Shown: positions 25,831 through 38,639 of the stretch, in pieces
How positions within the stretch are numbered: position 1 is the first letter of the stretch
How the letters are laid out: each line of letters begins with the position of its first letter
DNA from: Lama glama
Taxonomy: Eukaryota
NCBI GenBank assembly: GCA_028534125.1
Contig: CM052816.1
Coordinates: forward strand, 21,082,001 to 21,146,000
Reading direction: 5' to 3'
Length of the DNA: 64,000 nt
The notes under the pieces: generated by a model
The model's database searches: none
What the model was told of the DNA's origin: nothing
What the model saw: only the letters and a program-made list of their open reading frames with translations
Translations under genes and position numbers: made by a program

Positions 25831-26614
25831 CTCATTTGCTTGGGAAGGTGAATGAGGAGAAATATTCAATATACAAGTGACCAGTTAGCCTCAGGCTTTT
25901 AGCTCCTCTTCTGACTCCTGCCCTCCATAGCATCTATGGTCTCTGAGTTCAGAACCTGGGGCCTGGAGTGTCTGAATGGTAGGTGCAGCCCCGTCCATTA
26001 GGAGTCTGGGCTTCACTCACTCTGCTTCATCCCTGAACACTTATCCTTCCACTTCCTGCCTTCTAGAAATTTGTTGAAATCCTTTATCTGCAGATACCTT
26101 CTCTTCTTTTCAGTACTGTAGCAGAAAGGAACATACATTAAAAATTTCCTTAGAATCAGTGGAAGGAGATGGTAAACATGAACCTGGAGTCTCGGGATTG
26201 TCCCTCAGCACTCTTTTCCTGACCTCCTCTCTCCCTGGAATGGGTCTCACTTTCTCTAAATTCTGTATCGTCATCTTGGACTATTTCTCCTTCCCCACCT
26301 CTCACCTTACACTGACTTTGTGCCTTGTTAACTCCTGCTCATCTTTCAGTCTGTGCCCCTTCCTCAAAGTGGTCTCCTCTGGTCCTCCACTAGGTCAGGT
26401 CCCCCCTTACTTGTTCACCTCAGTCTGTACTTTCCCCATCACCATGTGTCTCCGTCTACAGTCATTTCTTGTTCCGTGCCTGTCTTCAGCCTCCGAGCCC
26501 CCTGAAGGTAGGATCTCATCTGCCTTGTTCAGGGTTATAATCCTGCTTTAAAGAGCTGTATGTACTACCCAGGAGCAAAGTGCATGTGTGATATTTGTGA
26601 AATGAACCCAGCCA

Positions 26615-27170
26615 CTTAATTCATCCAGCCAACATTTACTGAGAAACTACTAAGTGTCCAGGGACTGTTCCAGGCCCTGGGGATTCATAAGTGAACAAAA
26701 CAGCCAAAAATCCCTGTCTTAATGGGGCTCCAGTATTTGGGAAGGCAGATGACAAATAAGAAAAATTAAATACATAGTGTGTTAGGAGGTGGCAAAGGAG
26801 AGAGGAGAAAAAAAAGTAGGGAAGAGAGACATGAAATACAGAGAGAGTTGAGACTGCACGCAAGGTAGCCGGGAAAGCCTCATAGAGAAAAAACTGAAAG
26901 AATGAATAAGCAAGCCATGTGGGTACCTGAGGGGGGCGCTTAGAGAAAGGACTGGGCAAGGGATGCATGAGAGATGGCAAGGAGTCTATGTGACTGGAGC
27001 AGAGAGAGCAAGAGAAGAAGTCAGAGAAGTATTGAGGGGCTTATATCACGTACAGCCAGGTGGCCGGATAAAGACTTAGGCTTTTACTCTGAGGGAGGTG
27101 GGAGCCATTGCAGGTTTATGAGCTTGGTAGTGACAGGATCTAACTTGTGCTTCGACAGAGTCACCCACTG
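26615..27170 (-). mobile_element. LINE-2 3' fragment
   Basis: ttcatccagccaacatttactgagaactactaagtgtccagggactgttccaggccctggggattcataagtgaacaaaacag L2 3' end. Confidence 0.8.
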
Positions 27171-30100
27171 AGCAAGAGAACTGGCATTGGAAGTTCATGC
27201 TTTGAAGCCCAACACACTGATAAATAAAGCTTAGAAGGAGAAAATTCAGAAGTTGGAGTTACACTGAAATAAGATAAACATTTCTGTGGACCAGAAACAG
27301 AACAAAAACCTAGAGACTCAAGCCACAGACCTGATGGGTTTCAAGTCCAGATGCAGTGGAGATACCTACGAGTCCGGCTCTTGTGAAGTGCCAAGGCTGA
27401 AAACACTCCTCACAAGGTCGGGGGCTGGAGCCAGGCTCACTGCAGGGAATCAGGCTGGGGTGGAGCCTGTGTGGTTTCTCACGTTTCTTTTTTAAAGTAT
27501 AAAAACTCTAAATGTGCATGTATTCTACTTTTGTTTATACCTGGAAAAATATTTGGAAAGTCATGCGTCACCCCAGGGAGTGGAGTGGGAGTCTGGGGTG
27601 GGGGCCTCCCACACTTTCCTTTTTATGTACTTATGATATATTTGGCTCTTTTTCTCCATGAGTATATACAGAATCCCAGAGGAAGTAGCAGGACCCTGTG
27701 CAGTGTAGGAGGAGTAAGATCAAAACTGAAAAAAAAGCCACTGGGTTTGGCCATTGAGAGGTCATTGGTGGCCTCTGCAAGAACAGTTTCCTTGGAGATG
27801 TGGAGACACAAGACACGAGTGAGCTGAAAAGCAGACTGTTCCTTCAAGACAGGAAAGGGAATGAGAGAGATAAGCAGGGGACATGAGGGGAATGGGAGTC
27901 AAGGTAAGACTTTTTTTAGATGAGGAGACTTGAGGGTGTTGGCCAGGTAGAAGGGTAGAAGGGAACCAGGGAGAGATCTAAGATGTGAGAAAAGGAAAAA
28001 ATAACTGACACTGTAAAATGGAAGGCCCGGAGGAAGAGTTGGGGCCCTATTTTCTTGGGTCCCAGAGGGAAGGTGGTCCAGGCAGCACTGTTGGATGTGA
28101 GTGTCGGGCTGGCTGAGCTCCGGAGGGTGGGTGGTGGGCTTTGGAAGCTGGCCCGCACCTAGCAGGCTTAGCAGGGGCAGCCACAGTGTGGCCTGTTTGC
28201 CCCTGTGTCTCGCCTGCCTGTGTGCCTCCAACGCCCCACTGCACTGCCAGAGCCGGAACCACGCCTGATTTAGCCCCATGGCTCTAGCACACAGGAGACC
28301 TTTAGTTAATGTGTGTTGACTGAATGAATGGATGTTCTCTGTAAAGAAGTGGTCCCGGTGTCAGCTGAGTGCGAAGGGGGTGGGGCGGGGCAGCGATCAC
28401 TCTTTGGAGCCTTGGCGTGGAGAATGGGCCGGGGTGGTGACTAGGAAAAAGCACAGGATTTCCGAGCAACTCTGGGAGGTCTGCTGAGCATGGAGCCATC
28501 AGGAGCTAGTGCTGTCAGGCAGCAGGGCTTGTGATACTGTGCCGCTGTGTACAACTCCAGGCTGTGCCGGAGCATGCCGAGAAAGCAGATGGGTTTTTTG
28601 TAATGTGAGTTGACCTGCTGTCATTCTCTCAGTGGAGGCCTGGAAGAGTTAACGTAGCTCCCAAGGCCCTGGCTTCCTTCCCAGACAGTGTGTTTGCCTT
28701 GGGTGGGCTCATCCTTTGTGTTGGTAGCTGCCATGAGCAGAGCAGAGGCGTGCGTCTGAATGTCATCCACGGAGGACTTCTCCTTGCCTCTCCCTCCTCG
28801 CATCCTCGTCTGGATCCCTGGCAGGGGAGCCGCGAGTTCCCCTAGGAAGCCTGGGCAGAGGGTGCAGTATCTGCCTGGGCAGAGCACATGTTGGGAGGGC
28901 GAGAGGCAGGCTGAGCCACCAGGGATCCACCAGCAGGCCTTCAGGGGGACTGCGGAGCCAAGGGGAGGAGGAATAGTGGTGTTAGCCAGGACACAGGGTT
29001 CTGGAGGCCAAAGAAAACAAACACACTCATCGCACCAGGCAAGGGAGGTGAGTGAGACAAATAGAAGGGGGAACGCGGTGGCGGCTGGAAGTGAGAGTCT
29101 GGAGCAGGTTGCTGGTCCAAGGTGACTCAGGATTTGGGCTCCATAAAGATGGTGCTTGTGCCTTTTATTTGACTCCCGGCACATTTTGCTTTGCGGAGGG
29201 CAGATTCTCAAAGGGGTGGCCAAGTTTGGCTGTATATTATTATAATAAGCAATGTTAATGTTTGCTCTCCTGTTGAACTCTGGACTCGGGCAGGCAGTAA
29301 TTGTGCCTTACTATCCTCATGCCCACTGCACGCAGGAAGTGCTCAGTAATCTCTGTCGTGTGAATAGTGAAATGACCCCAGTGTTTAGCCAATCCAAGAC
29401 CTTCTATGATCATAATAGCCTGGACCAGCAGGACTCTGAAAAGTGAGCCAGTCCTGCCCGTCCCCTACAAGAGGGACTTCAAAGATGAGAGCAAATTCTA
29501 AAGTCCCCATATCTGTAGTTTATGGGAAAAATAGACTCTGTCTCAAATGTGTGTAGTGTATCTGACGTGGAGTCAGAAGACCAGACCAAGTGAACCCTTG
29601 TGACTTTGGGCACCTACCCAACAGCCATTCTCCCCTTCTTTCTAACAGGACTCCAGTTTTGTTTAGATAGCAAGGCACCCAGCCCTACAGGATGGATCAC
29701 AATTGTTTGTCATATGGGGAATTAATTATCTTGACTCCATGTAGCTTCCAAGTGTTGTATTGGGCAAGCTGTCCAGAGGTCATGAATAGGACTCATAGAC
29801 CAATTTAAGATGGTTGAATCACCTGGCTTAAGGATTCAATATAAAGCTTGCCATGAGAAACAAGGGGAAGAATTGGGGAAAGGGAATCCACTCAGGGTAA
29901 GGTGGACGCAGAGGGGAAGGAGCACACTGCCTGAATCCTGTGTTCCACAGTGTGTTCTCTCGCTCTCTCTCGCTCTCTCTTGCTCTCCCTCTCCCAACAT
30001 CCTTCCTCACCGACAGTGTAGTTATGAGAAACAGCATTGAGATTGAACAAAGGGGCTCAGTGAACAGAAAGTGCCTGGAGTCAATACATGCTCTATCAGA

Positions 30101-30899
30101 GAAACACAGGCAAGTATCCCTGGTTACAACCATCACACACAGACGACCCGACGGGAAGCCGGGGGAGAGCACACGAGGGGCCAGAATGGAGTCATGATGG
30201 GGGTCACCAAGGGAGCTGATATGGGGATGACAGCTGTCAGTCTAGAATTAGCAATCTAGAATTAGAGATAAGCATCTTACCTTAAAATTTATTTTTCCCA
30301 TCTCTTTCTATCCACAAACAACACTCTTATGTTCTTGTGTCCTCTTCCATGTTCAACATCCGCATGTTTCATTTATTCTATGTCTAGCACATCTCACGAG
30401 TTACCAACTTACTATATGTACTTAACAGAGCTTATGAATTTTGCATTTTTTTCTTGTACAGCAGATTTAAATATTCTCAATAATACAGCTAACACATATT
30501 ACATTAGTCTGAGCGAACACTGGGAAATCCTAAAACTTCTGTGTGGTTATGTGATTCATTTCAAGGGTCAGTGAGACCCCCAGGAGGATTTTAAGGGCCA
30601 TCTGGAAAAGTTTTTCTTCTTGACAAAAGACAAGAGCAATGCCAGGAAGAAGTCCTTTATCCCCCTTCCTCCCTTCCTTTGCCTTCAGCACCGAAACAGC
30701 AGCTGGCACACGATAGTCACTCAACAAATAGCTGATTGAATGAGTGAGTGAAGGGTGCTGGTGTCCAGCCTTCACATCTGTGACTCTGAAATCATGCTTT
30801 GTCTTCTGATCAACTTTCAATTCTAAGTCCCAGGTTGGGAAGGCAAAAGCAGGGTGGTGAAAATAAATCTAATGATGATTATTTAATAATCACAATATT

Positions 30900-31130
30900 A
30901 TTAACAGTAGCTAACACTTATTGAAAGTTCACACTGTGTCAGAAATGGTTCTAAGCATTTCATATTTAATCCTCACAATAACCTTATAAAGTGGAAGTGA
31001 TTATTATCCTCATTTTGCATGTGAGAAAAGTGAAGCACAGAAGGAAAGGTAATTTACCTGAGGTCACTCCACTGGCAAGCAGTGGCCCTGGAATTTGAAC
31101 CCAGACACTTGAGTTCAGAGTGCACACACT
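30900..31130 (-). mobile_element. MIR SINE
   Basis: tagctaacacttattga...tttaatcctcacaataacctta...cattttgcatgtgagaaaagtgaagcacag...atttgaacccag. Confidence 0.85.
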
Positions 31131-31144
31131 TAGACACAGGGCCA

Positions 31145-31612
31145 TCTCTAGAGTGTCCTACTGCTGCTGTAACCAAGTACCATAAACTGTGTGGCTTTAA
31201 AAATACAAATTTGTTATCTTCCAGTTCTGGAGGTCAGCATTCCAGCACAGTCTTACTGAGCTAAAATTAAGGTGTTGGCAGGGCTGTGGTCTTTCTGCAG
31301 GCTGTAGGGTACAACACATTTCCTTGTCTTCTCCAGTCCTAGAAGCCGACAGAGTTCCTTGCCTTGTGGCCGCATCAGTCTGATCTCTGCTTCCTTTGTC
31401 ACTTCTCCTTCTCTGACTCTCCTGACTCCTTCTCATAAGGACTCTTGTGATTACTTTAGTCCCAACTGGATAATCCAGGATAATTTCACCATTTCAAGAT
31501 CCTTAACTTAATCACATTTGCAGAATCCCTCTTTGCCATGTAATGTAACATATTCACAGGTTCTGTGGATGAGGACATGGATATCTTTGGGGGGTCATTA
31601 CTCTGACTACAC
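31145..31612 (-). mobile_element. MaLR solo LTR (MLT1C/D-like)
   Basis: gctgctgtaaccaagtaccataaact...cagttctggaggtcag...ggataatccaggataat...ttaatcacatttgcagaatccct...acatattcacaggttct. Confidence 0.88.
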
Positions 31613-34600
31613 ACATCCTGCCTCTCAGGTTCAGTATCCTGTATCATAGTAGGTCCTGGACCATCAGGCCCCAAGTCCTGCAGCAGCAGGTCTGTCACAT
31701 ACTAAGGAATGGAGGAATGTCCCCTCAAACCTTTGCCTGCTTTCCTAAAAGCTCTATCTTGTTCCCTCTCCTGCCTTCCCCTCCCCACAAGAAGGGGATG
31801 AATACCTAGCAAGCCAGTAGTATGAGCCAAACAGGTGAGTAATGGGGCCTTGGCCTCTCGGTCATCTGTTCATCTAGGTTAGGTTCTCTCCGTTAATCAG
31901 GTCCTTAGTTCTGTTTTCATTCCTGAGTCATCTGGCCCCATCCTTGTGTGTGTGTTTTCTTTGTTGCTAATTTACTTTTATTTCTACTCCTAATTCAAGT
32001 TAGAGTAATTTCTCTCAGCTCCCTTGGATTTGTTCTTCCAATCCCCCTGGCCCACCCTTTGTTTCCAGGTAAAACTCTACCTCTCAGCTCTCTTGACTCA
32101 GACTCAACGGTTTCCTTGGATTCCTTCCAGCAGCAGCCTTTTCCAGGCCCATTTTGTCTGTCTGAATAAATTCCCCCCAGAGATGTGGTTTTCAGACTTA
32201 TTTTTAGCTGCAGAAGAATCCTTTGTTGAAATGAAAACCCAATATATAAAGCAGATGGAGTGGAGCTGTTTGGGAAGGGGGTAGAGCCCTTCTCTTCGCC
32301 ACTCTTCCCCATGGCCCCTCAGGCCCAGTTTGAAAACCAGTGCTCTGCTCTGTTTGAAAACCCTTCCTACCTTGAGCCTTGCCCTGAAATTTGCTTCTCC
32401 TGACTTAACCGTCTCCTTTCCTGAAGGCTTCCTTTGGTACTTTGGCCAGAATGAAGCATTCTCTCTCCACCTCCCTCATGCTTTTTGAAAGTCATATTTT
32501 TCCCAAACAGCAAAACATTTTAACTTCCTCATCTCTGCCTAGCATGTCCCCATGTGGGGCTACCTCTCCCTGGCTTGTATCCCACCTGTTCATGGCTGCT
32601 GGGATGGAGAACATGCTAGAATGGACTGGCTAGTCAGCTGCATGTCACCTAGCCTCTCCATATGTGAGCATCTTAAGTGCTCCATTTATATGGATTGTAG
32701 TTCTCTGATTACTGGACAGTTGACATATTTTTTCCCAAAGAATTCTTTTTGGTCACAACTACCTTGGAGGAGCAGAAATGCTTCCACCTTAAGGAGGCCC
32801 AGGTTCCAATGTGACTATTGGGGTGGGGGGAGGGGATGGGGCAGAGCCATGGCAGGATCTTCTGACAAGTCATATGGAGTTCCTTGTAAAGTTGCTATCA
32901 GCCCCTGTCCTTGGGCCCTCCAGGCCAGATATGAAGTGGAGTTTCCTCCCCAATGGGCAGCTCTGGACCATGGGAATTGCTTCAGGGTCTGTAACCCGTG
33001 GGTGTCTCTGTGGCCCATTTACTAAGGGCACCCTGGACCTCCTGAAACACATGAACTTCAAGTTTCCTTCTCACTTGCATGAGTCCCTTCAAGTCCTGTT
33101 CTTTTCTCATTTTAATAAGTAATTACTTCCATATCCAATCTTGTATTTATAATTGTGTATTCTTTTTCTCAAAGAAAGCCTTCCAAATTCTATAAGCTTC
33201 AGGCTCTACAAAACCTGGATGTGTCCCTGGAAAACATGGTCTTGGGGCTCTCACAGGGGACCTGGGGACTCATGTGCTACAGGAGGCTTTTCTGTTAAAA
33301 AAAAAAAAAGGCAGAGATTCCCACCTCCAGGGCTTTCCAGGGCAGTCCTAGCACTTTGTGTACAAAGCGGCCATGCCAAGTGCTCTGGTGGGAGGAGGGA
33401 GGGCTAAGTTTTGACACGCTTCCCAGCCCCTCTGCAGTATGCAGTTTCCACTGGGGAACTTGAGAAAGGACAGCCGGAAACCCACGAGGCCAGGGAGGGG
33501 CTGCTTTCTGCTGGTTGTTTCCCTGTGCCGCACAGCCCCGGCAGCTGGCCTCGGTGCAAACTCTGGCCAGTCTTCCCGGGAGGAATTGGAACATGGTTCC
33601 TTCTCTCCGCGACAGCTTTTCCATCAGGTCAGGACGCCTGGTCTAGACCTCACCCTGGCAGTACTGCCATTTGACTGTCATTCCTGTATCTGGCTTTTCA
33701 GAATCATTTTGGCAAAATGGGAGACTTTGCCTGCCTGGCTGGAACATCTCAGGACTTGGGACCTCAGTACGTAGGCCCAGGAGGCTCCTCAGATCTGCTC
33801 TTGCTTTGCATCATTCATAGCCCTTGATAACAAGTCAGATGTGGAAGACAGAGATGGCCAATGCTGCTTTAAAAATGCATTGGGACACGTCTAGATACAG
33901 ACAGTAGATACAAACTTCCCCAGAGAATTTTCTCTTTCTCAGTTCCTAACAAAATAAAACAAAGTAGATAAAATCATGGGAAATTTACTATCAGCAACCA
34001 ATATAATAAACATCAAACTTGGCATCCAAAGAAAGATCCAGAAGCTTTTAGAGTGGCAAGGAGTGGCACAGCACATCTCTGCTCCGCACTCTGTCCTCAA
34101 CGCCCAGAGACTGACAAAATCTTGAACCTTCTCCCCAGTGCTCCTGAAGCTGAAAAGAAACAGAAGTGAGTCACGCCCTTATATTCTTCCTCCTCTGAAT
34201 GAGCAGTATTAAAATGTGCATTGGGGAGAAATAGGGGAAGTTTTGAGCGTGATCCATGGAGCTGACTCAGCCAATGGATTAAAGGCTCCAGAACAACACT
34301 CCAACTTGAGAAATTGATCCAAAGCCTGGGTTACCCTCCCTCCTTGGAAAAGGTGTATGGTGTCATCCTCTCCATCCTTATTCAGGTGCCATGAGCCCTG
34401 TGCTGGACATTCATCAGAACCTCAGGACAGGAGCATGCACAGGTATTCTAACAAAGACTGAGTTCTGCTTTGGCTGAGCACTCCTCTTTCTCCACCTCCC
34501 CTTCAGACTACCAAAAACTGTGCAGACTCCAAATTCCCAGCCTCTCACTTAGATCAGAGGGAAAAACAGACTGGTCTCCAACACAGGGCAACGGTCAGTA

Positions 34601-34779
34601 AGCCCCTCTCTTGCCAACATGTTATAGCAGCATAAAGGAAGTCTGGACAGAGCCACCACACCAAGATGAAAAGAAATGGGTGCAAACACATGACAGTAAA
34701 TTATAAATGATAAATAGAAGGAAAACAGTGGGTGAAAGACAAGGACTTCTCCCCTCCCCTCAAAAGGAAATTTCTTACA

Positions 34780-36020
34780 ACGGCTTCACATATAAAGCAA
34801 CTTAATAAGAACATAAATGTAACAAATTAGAGGCTCAAAGGTGAGATAATAAAACAAGAGAATTGATGGAATGGAAACAAACTAAGGGCAAATTAAACTT
34901 CATAGAAATGGAATACAAAGATAATCCACTATAAGGATTAATTGATACCCCTGAAGAGGAGAAATAAAAAACGGAGCTAAAAGAGAATGTCTAATGCAGA
35001 AAAAGCAAAACTAAAACTGCGGATTGAAAGACATTATATTCCGGAAAAGCTTTATTCAGAATGTTTAATACTGAGACATGTTTTAGTTAAGTTATTGAAC
35101 TGGGGGGAAAAAAGGATAAAGAGTGACTTCTTTGGGCATACAAACAGAGGGGAAAAAAGTCTCCTAAGAAGGGGGAAATTCAGCCTAGTAAGACTTCCTC
35201 CCAGGAGAAAAAGGAGTAAAACCTATCACATTCTTTGGGGAAAACAATGAGACTCAGGAATATTATACCCAGCCAAGATATGGTTCCAGTGTTAAAGCAA
35301 CAGACAGACAAGCTTAAACATCCAAACCCTCCTTGAGAAAACAGCTTAACAATGAAATTCAGTGGATCAAGAGATGAATTGAAATAAAGAGCTTGCAAAT
35401 GGAAAAATCCTTGATAAAAGGACCAGTGATGAGCATTGAATTTATTCAAATCTAAAATGTATACCAAGTAACTATAACAGAATATGGTGATCATAACTGG
35501 ACAATGTAACAATAATAATGTAAGTAGAACAGTCAGGAGGCAGGGTCAAGGGAGGTGGAAAGATGGAAAGAATCCTGAGGCCTAATACACACACATACAC
35601 ACACACACACAATCAAAATCTGTAATTAAAAAAGCCGACTCCAACCTCTTAGTGTTTTTCACAATTTTTGTTTAACCTCAGAGGTATCTTTTAGGAAGTA
35701 ATAGCTCTTGTGGTCAAGAGTTCATCTCTTCCATCAGTTTCACTTCAACTTCTTTTAAATTCAAGCAAAATTAAATTTAATACTTTTATTAAAATGGCAT
35801 CTGTATTATTGTCTAATTCTTGTTAATCATCTCTGTGATCTTTGCTCCTGTCTGTAAATATGCATAGAAAGCTTTGTAGAATGATGTAATGTAATGGTCA
35901 TTTCTGTGGTTGATTCTGAAAGGTGGTATATAGCTGATTATTTTCTTGTTTGTCTTTTTTTGTATTTTAATTTTTCAATAAATAAACAAATAAAACATTT
36001 TAAACAATAGAAAAAAAATT
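34780..36020 (+). mobile_element. Old LINE-1 remnants
   Basis: A-rich; ctgagacatgttttagttaagtt and gaatattatacccagccaagata resemble degenerate L1 ORF1 motifs. Confidence 0.5.
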
Positions 36021-37132
36021 TCAAGCATCTCACTGAACAGATTAAATAGTCCAAAAACAGACTTGTCAGATACTGCTGCTATCTGCCAACATCTATTGTC
36101 CTAACATTTTGTGGAATTTTTAGCTGTACATATGATGACCAGAAGAAAGATCCCACTTCCCAGTTCTGGCCAATAGTTAAGCAGATATGCTATGTGGCAG
36201 ATTCTGGGACCGTCTGAGAGTGTTTGCTTGTTTTTCCTTTATTGCCTTCATTCCCTCCTGCTGCCTGGAATGCCAGTTTCACCATGTGGGACCACAAGAT
36301 CAAGGCTTTTCAAAGCAAAGCATCATAGAAGGCATGCACAGAATGTCACATCACCTAGACTGCCTATCTGGATAATGTGAAAAAGAAAGAAACTTCTGTC
36401 TATTTGAAGCAACTAAACCTTATCCTAACTGATCCACAGACTTAAACACACACATAGAAATTTAGTTTTTTGATATTATTTGCATTGTACATCAGTGATG
36501 ATGAAACAATTGGTTAGGCACACACATAAACAAATCACTGATGGATCTAAATGTGACAAAAATTTTAAAAAACATTTCGTAAGAAGATACAAAGAGAATA
36601 TTTTTATGAATTTGAAACAGGTAATAATTTTTTTGAAAAGAGGTTTCATGTTGAAAACCATTAAGAAAATAACAGGTAAACTTTACAACAGCAACATTTT
36701 AAAGTTTTGTATGATGAAACTAAGCAAAAGTAAAAGACAAGCGACAGTGAGGTCTGTCATGTTCACGTTCAGTGTGGTGCTGGGTGTGTATGAGGGGTGG
36801 GGGCAGAGGGGTGGTCAACCAAGTTTGAGGAGGGCTGCATATTCCCTTTACCTCTCAGACAGTGACGGTGCATGTAGGCTTATCAAAAGCTCTGAGGACT
36901 TCTACAGAAAGCTTTCCCTGTATGGAATTCAGCATGCCACACATACAGTTATTTAACTGTGGGACCACTGTGTGTGTAACAGTTATGACCTTCTCCTGGG
37001 TGTACAAAGAACACTAGGAAATGCTGCCATGGGGAATAACATTTGGCCTCAGGTGAGAAATGATTGCTGTACTCATTTTTGTTTCCACAGGTAACTCTTC
37101 CTCCTTCAGTACTTCTGACCAGCAGCAGCATT

Positions 37133-37338
37133 GGAGGAGGCTGGGGGCAGAGAGGAGGAAGAGGAGGAGGAAGGAGAGGGTGAGAGAGAGGGAGAAGGAG
37201 AAGAAGAGGAGAAAGGCAAAGAAGGAGGAGAAGGAAGGGCAGGAGGAGGAACAGAAGAGGAAGAGGAAGGGAGGAGGAGGAAGGAGAAGAAGAGGAACCC
37301 GAAGGAGACTGAGAAGAAGAGGAAGAAAGAAAAAGAAA
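37133..37338 (+). repeat. GA-rich polypurine low-complexity tract
   Basis: About 200 nt made almost entirely of GAG/GAA/AGG units. Confidence 0.95.
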
Positions 37339-37769
37339 TTTGGGGCTTGGGGAGTAGATGTAAATTTTTCTAGTAGAGTGAACATATCTCAGGAGAAAGA
37401 AGTCAGCTGTGATCTGGGCTTTTCCTTCTCACTGCCAGCAGCTGGAGCTGCTAGAAGTGGGTATTTTGAAATATACCCAACTGGGGTGGGGGGTGGGGAG
37501 ACCATTTTAAAGATAATTTAGGGCAGATCCCAGAGAGTGGTGATGCAGAAAATGGTAGTTGGGACAGATTTCTTGCCAGTTATAGGAAAGAAAAAGAAAA
37601 CAGCATAGTCTATGATGATCAACTCAACACCGATAGATACCTCTCTCTCTCTCTCTCCCCCTCCCTCCCTCCCTCTCTCTGTCTCAGTTCTGACATCAAG
37701 GCCTTTGTAGTCTAGAGAGGGAGATTTTAGTAAACATTTTATTTCAAGTATAGTTTAAAGCCCTTTCCT

Positions 37770-37935
37770 TATTTTATCATGTTTAATCCTGTGGCAGAGG
37801 TATTATATTTATTGTCACTTTTAGAATGAGGAAAGGGAGGCACAGGTAAACTGCCTAAGGTTGAAAAGCTAGGAAGGGATGGAGGCAGGGTTCCAACCCA
37901 GGCAGTTTGCTGTAGGTTCAGCTCCCTTAACCATT
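37770..37935 (-). mobile_element. MIR SINE fragment
   Basis: aatcctgtggcagaggtattat...cacttttagaatgaggaaagggaggcacagg...ctgcctaagg. Confidence 0.7.
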
Positions 37936-38639
37936 GTTTTGCCTGCTTCTTGTATATAACTACCACATAGCATATGAAACACCAGGATAGGGAAGAACAA
38001 AGTGAGCACACTGAGTCAGAAAGGACCAGCGAGATGTCACTGCACCTTAGTGACAAGCTACAGCTTTGTCCAGGAGAGAAGGGAGGGGAAAGCTAGTGGA
38101 AGGGACAGGAAGGGGCTCCTCTTAAAGCCAGATGTGCCGAATCCAGATAGGTCTTCGGGCGCCTTCAGCCAGCGCAAATTCCTGGAAAGGAGGGACAAGC
38201 TGGAAGATATTGGGGGTGGGAGTGGTGTGGAGGCTGTACCCATCTGGGATGAGGCCACTGGAGGAGCAGGAGGCAAGCCTTACTATATATATTATCAAAA
38301 AGAGAGCCGAGAGAAAGGCAGAGGGAGGGGAAAGAAAAGGAGGGTACAGAGGTGGAGCTGGATTTTACACATAGCGAAAAGGACCAGAGCTCCCTGCGGC
38401 CTTCGGCTTGGGCAGAGGTATTAATTTTCTAAGTTTTGTGCACGTTTTGAGTAGTGAGATTAGCAGAGAGAATGTGCATTCATTGGGAGTCTTGTTTGCA
38501 CAGTGCCCAGATTCCATTAAGACATCGCTCCAAACCCTTGGGGGCAGGCAGGGTGACGGTCACTTGCAATCTGATGTCTTGACTGTCGAGTTCGGCTTTT
38601 CTGTTGCACAAATCCAGTGCCTCAACTGCGCATCCTGTG

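Noticed and set aside
37014..37521. R/K/E-rich and L/F/S-rich ORFs
   Set aside because: Translation of the GA simple repeat.
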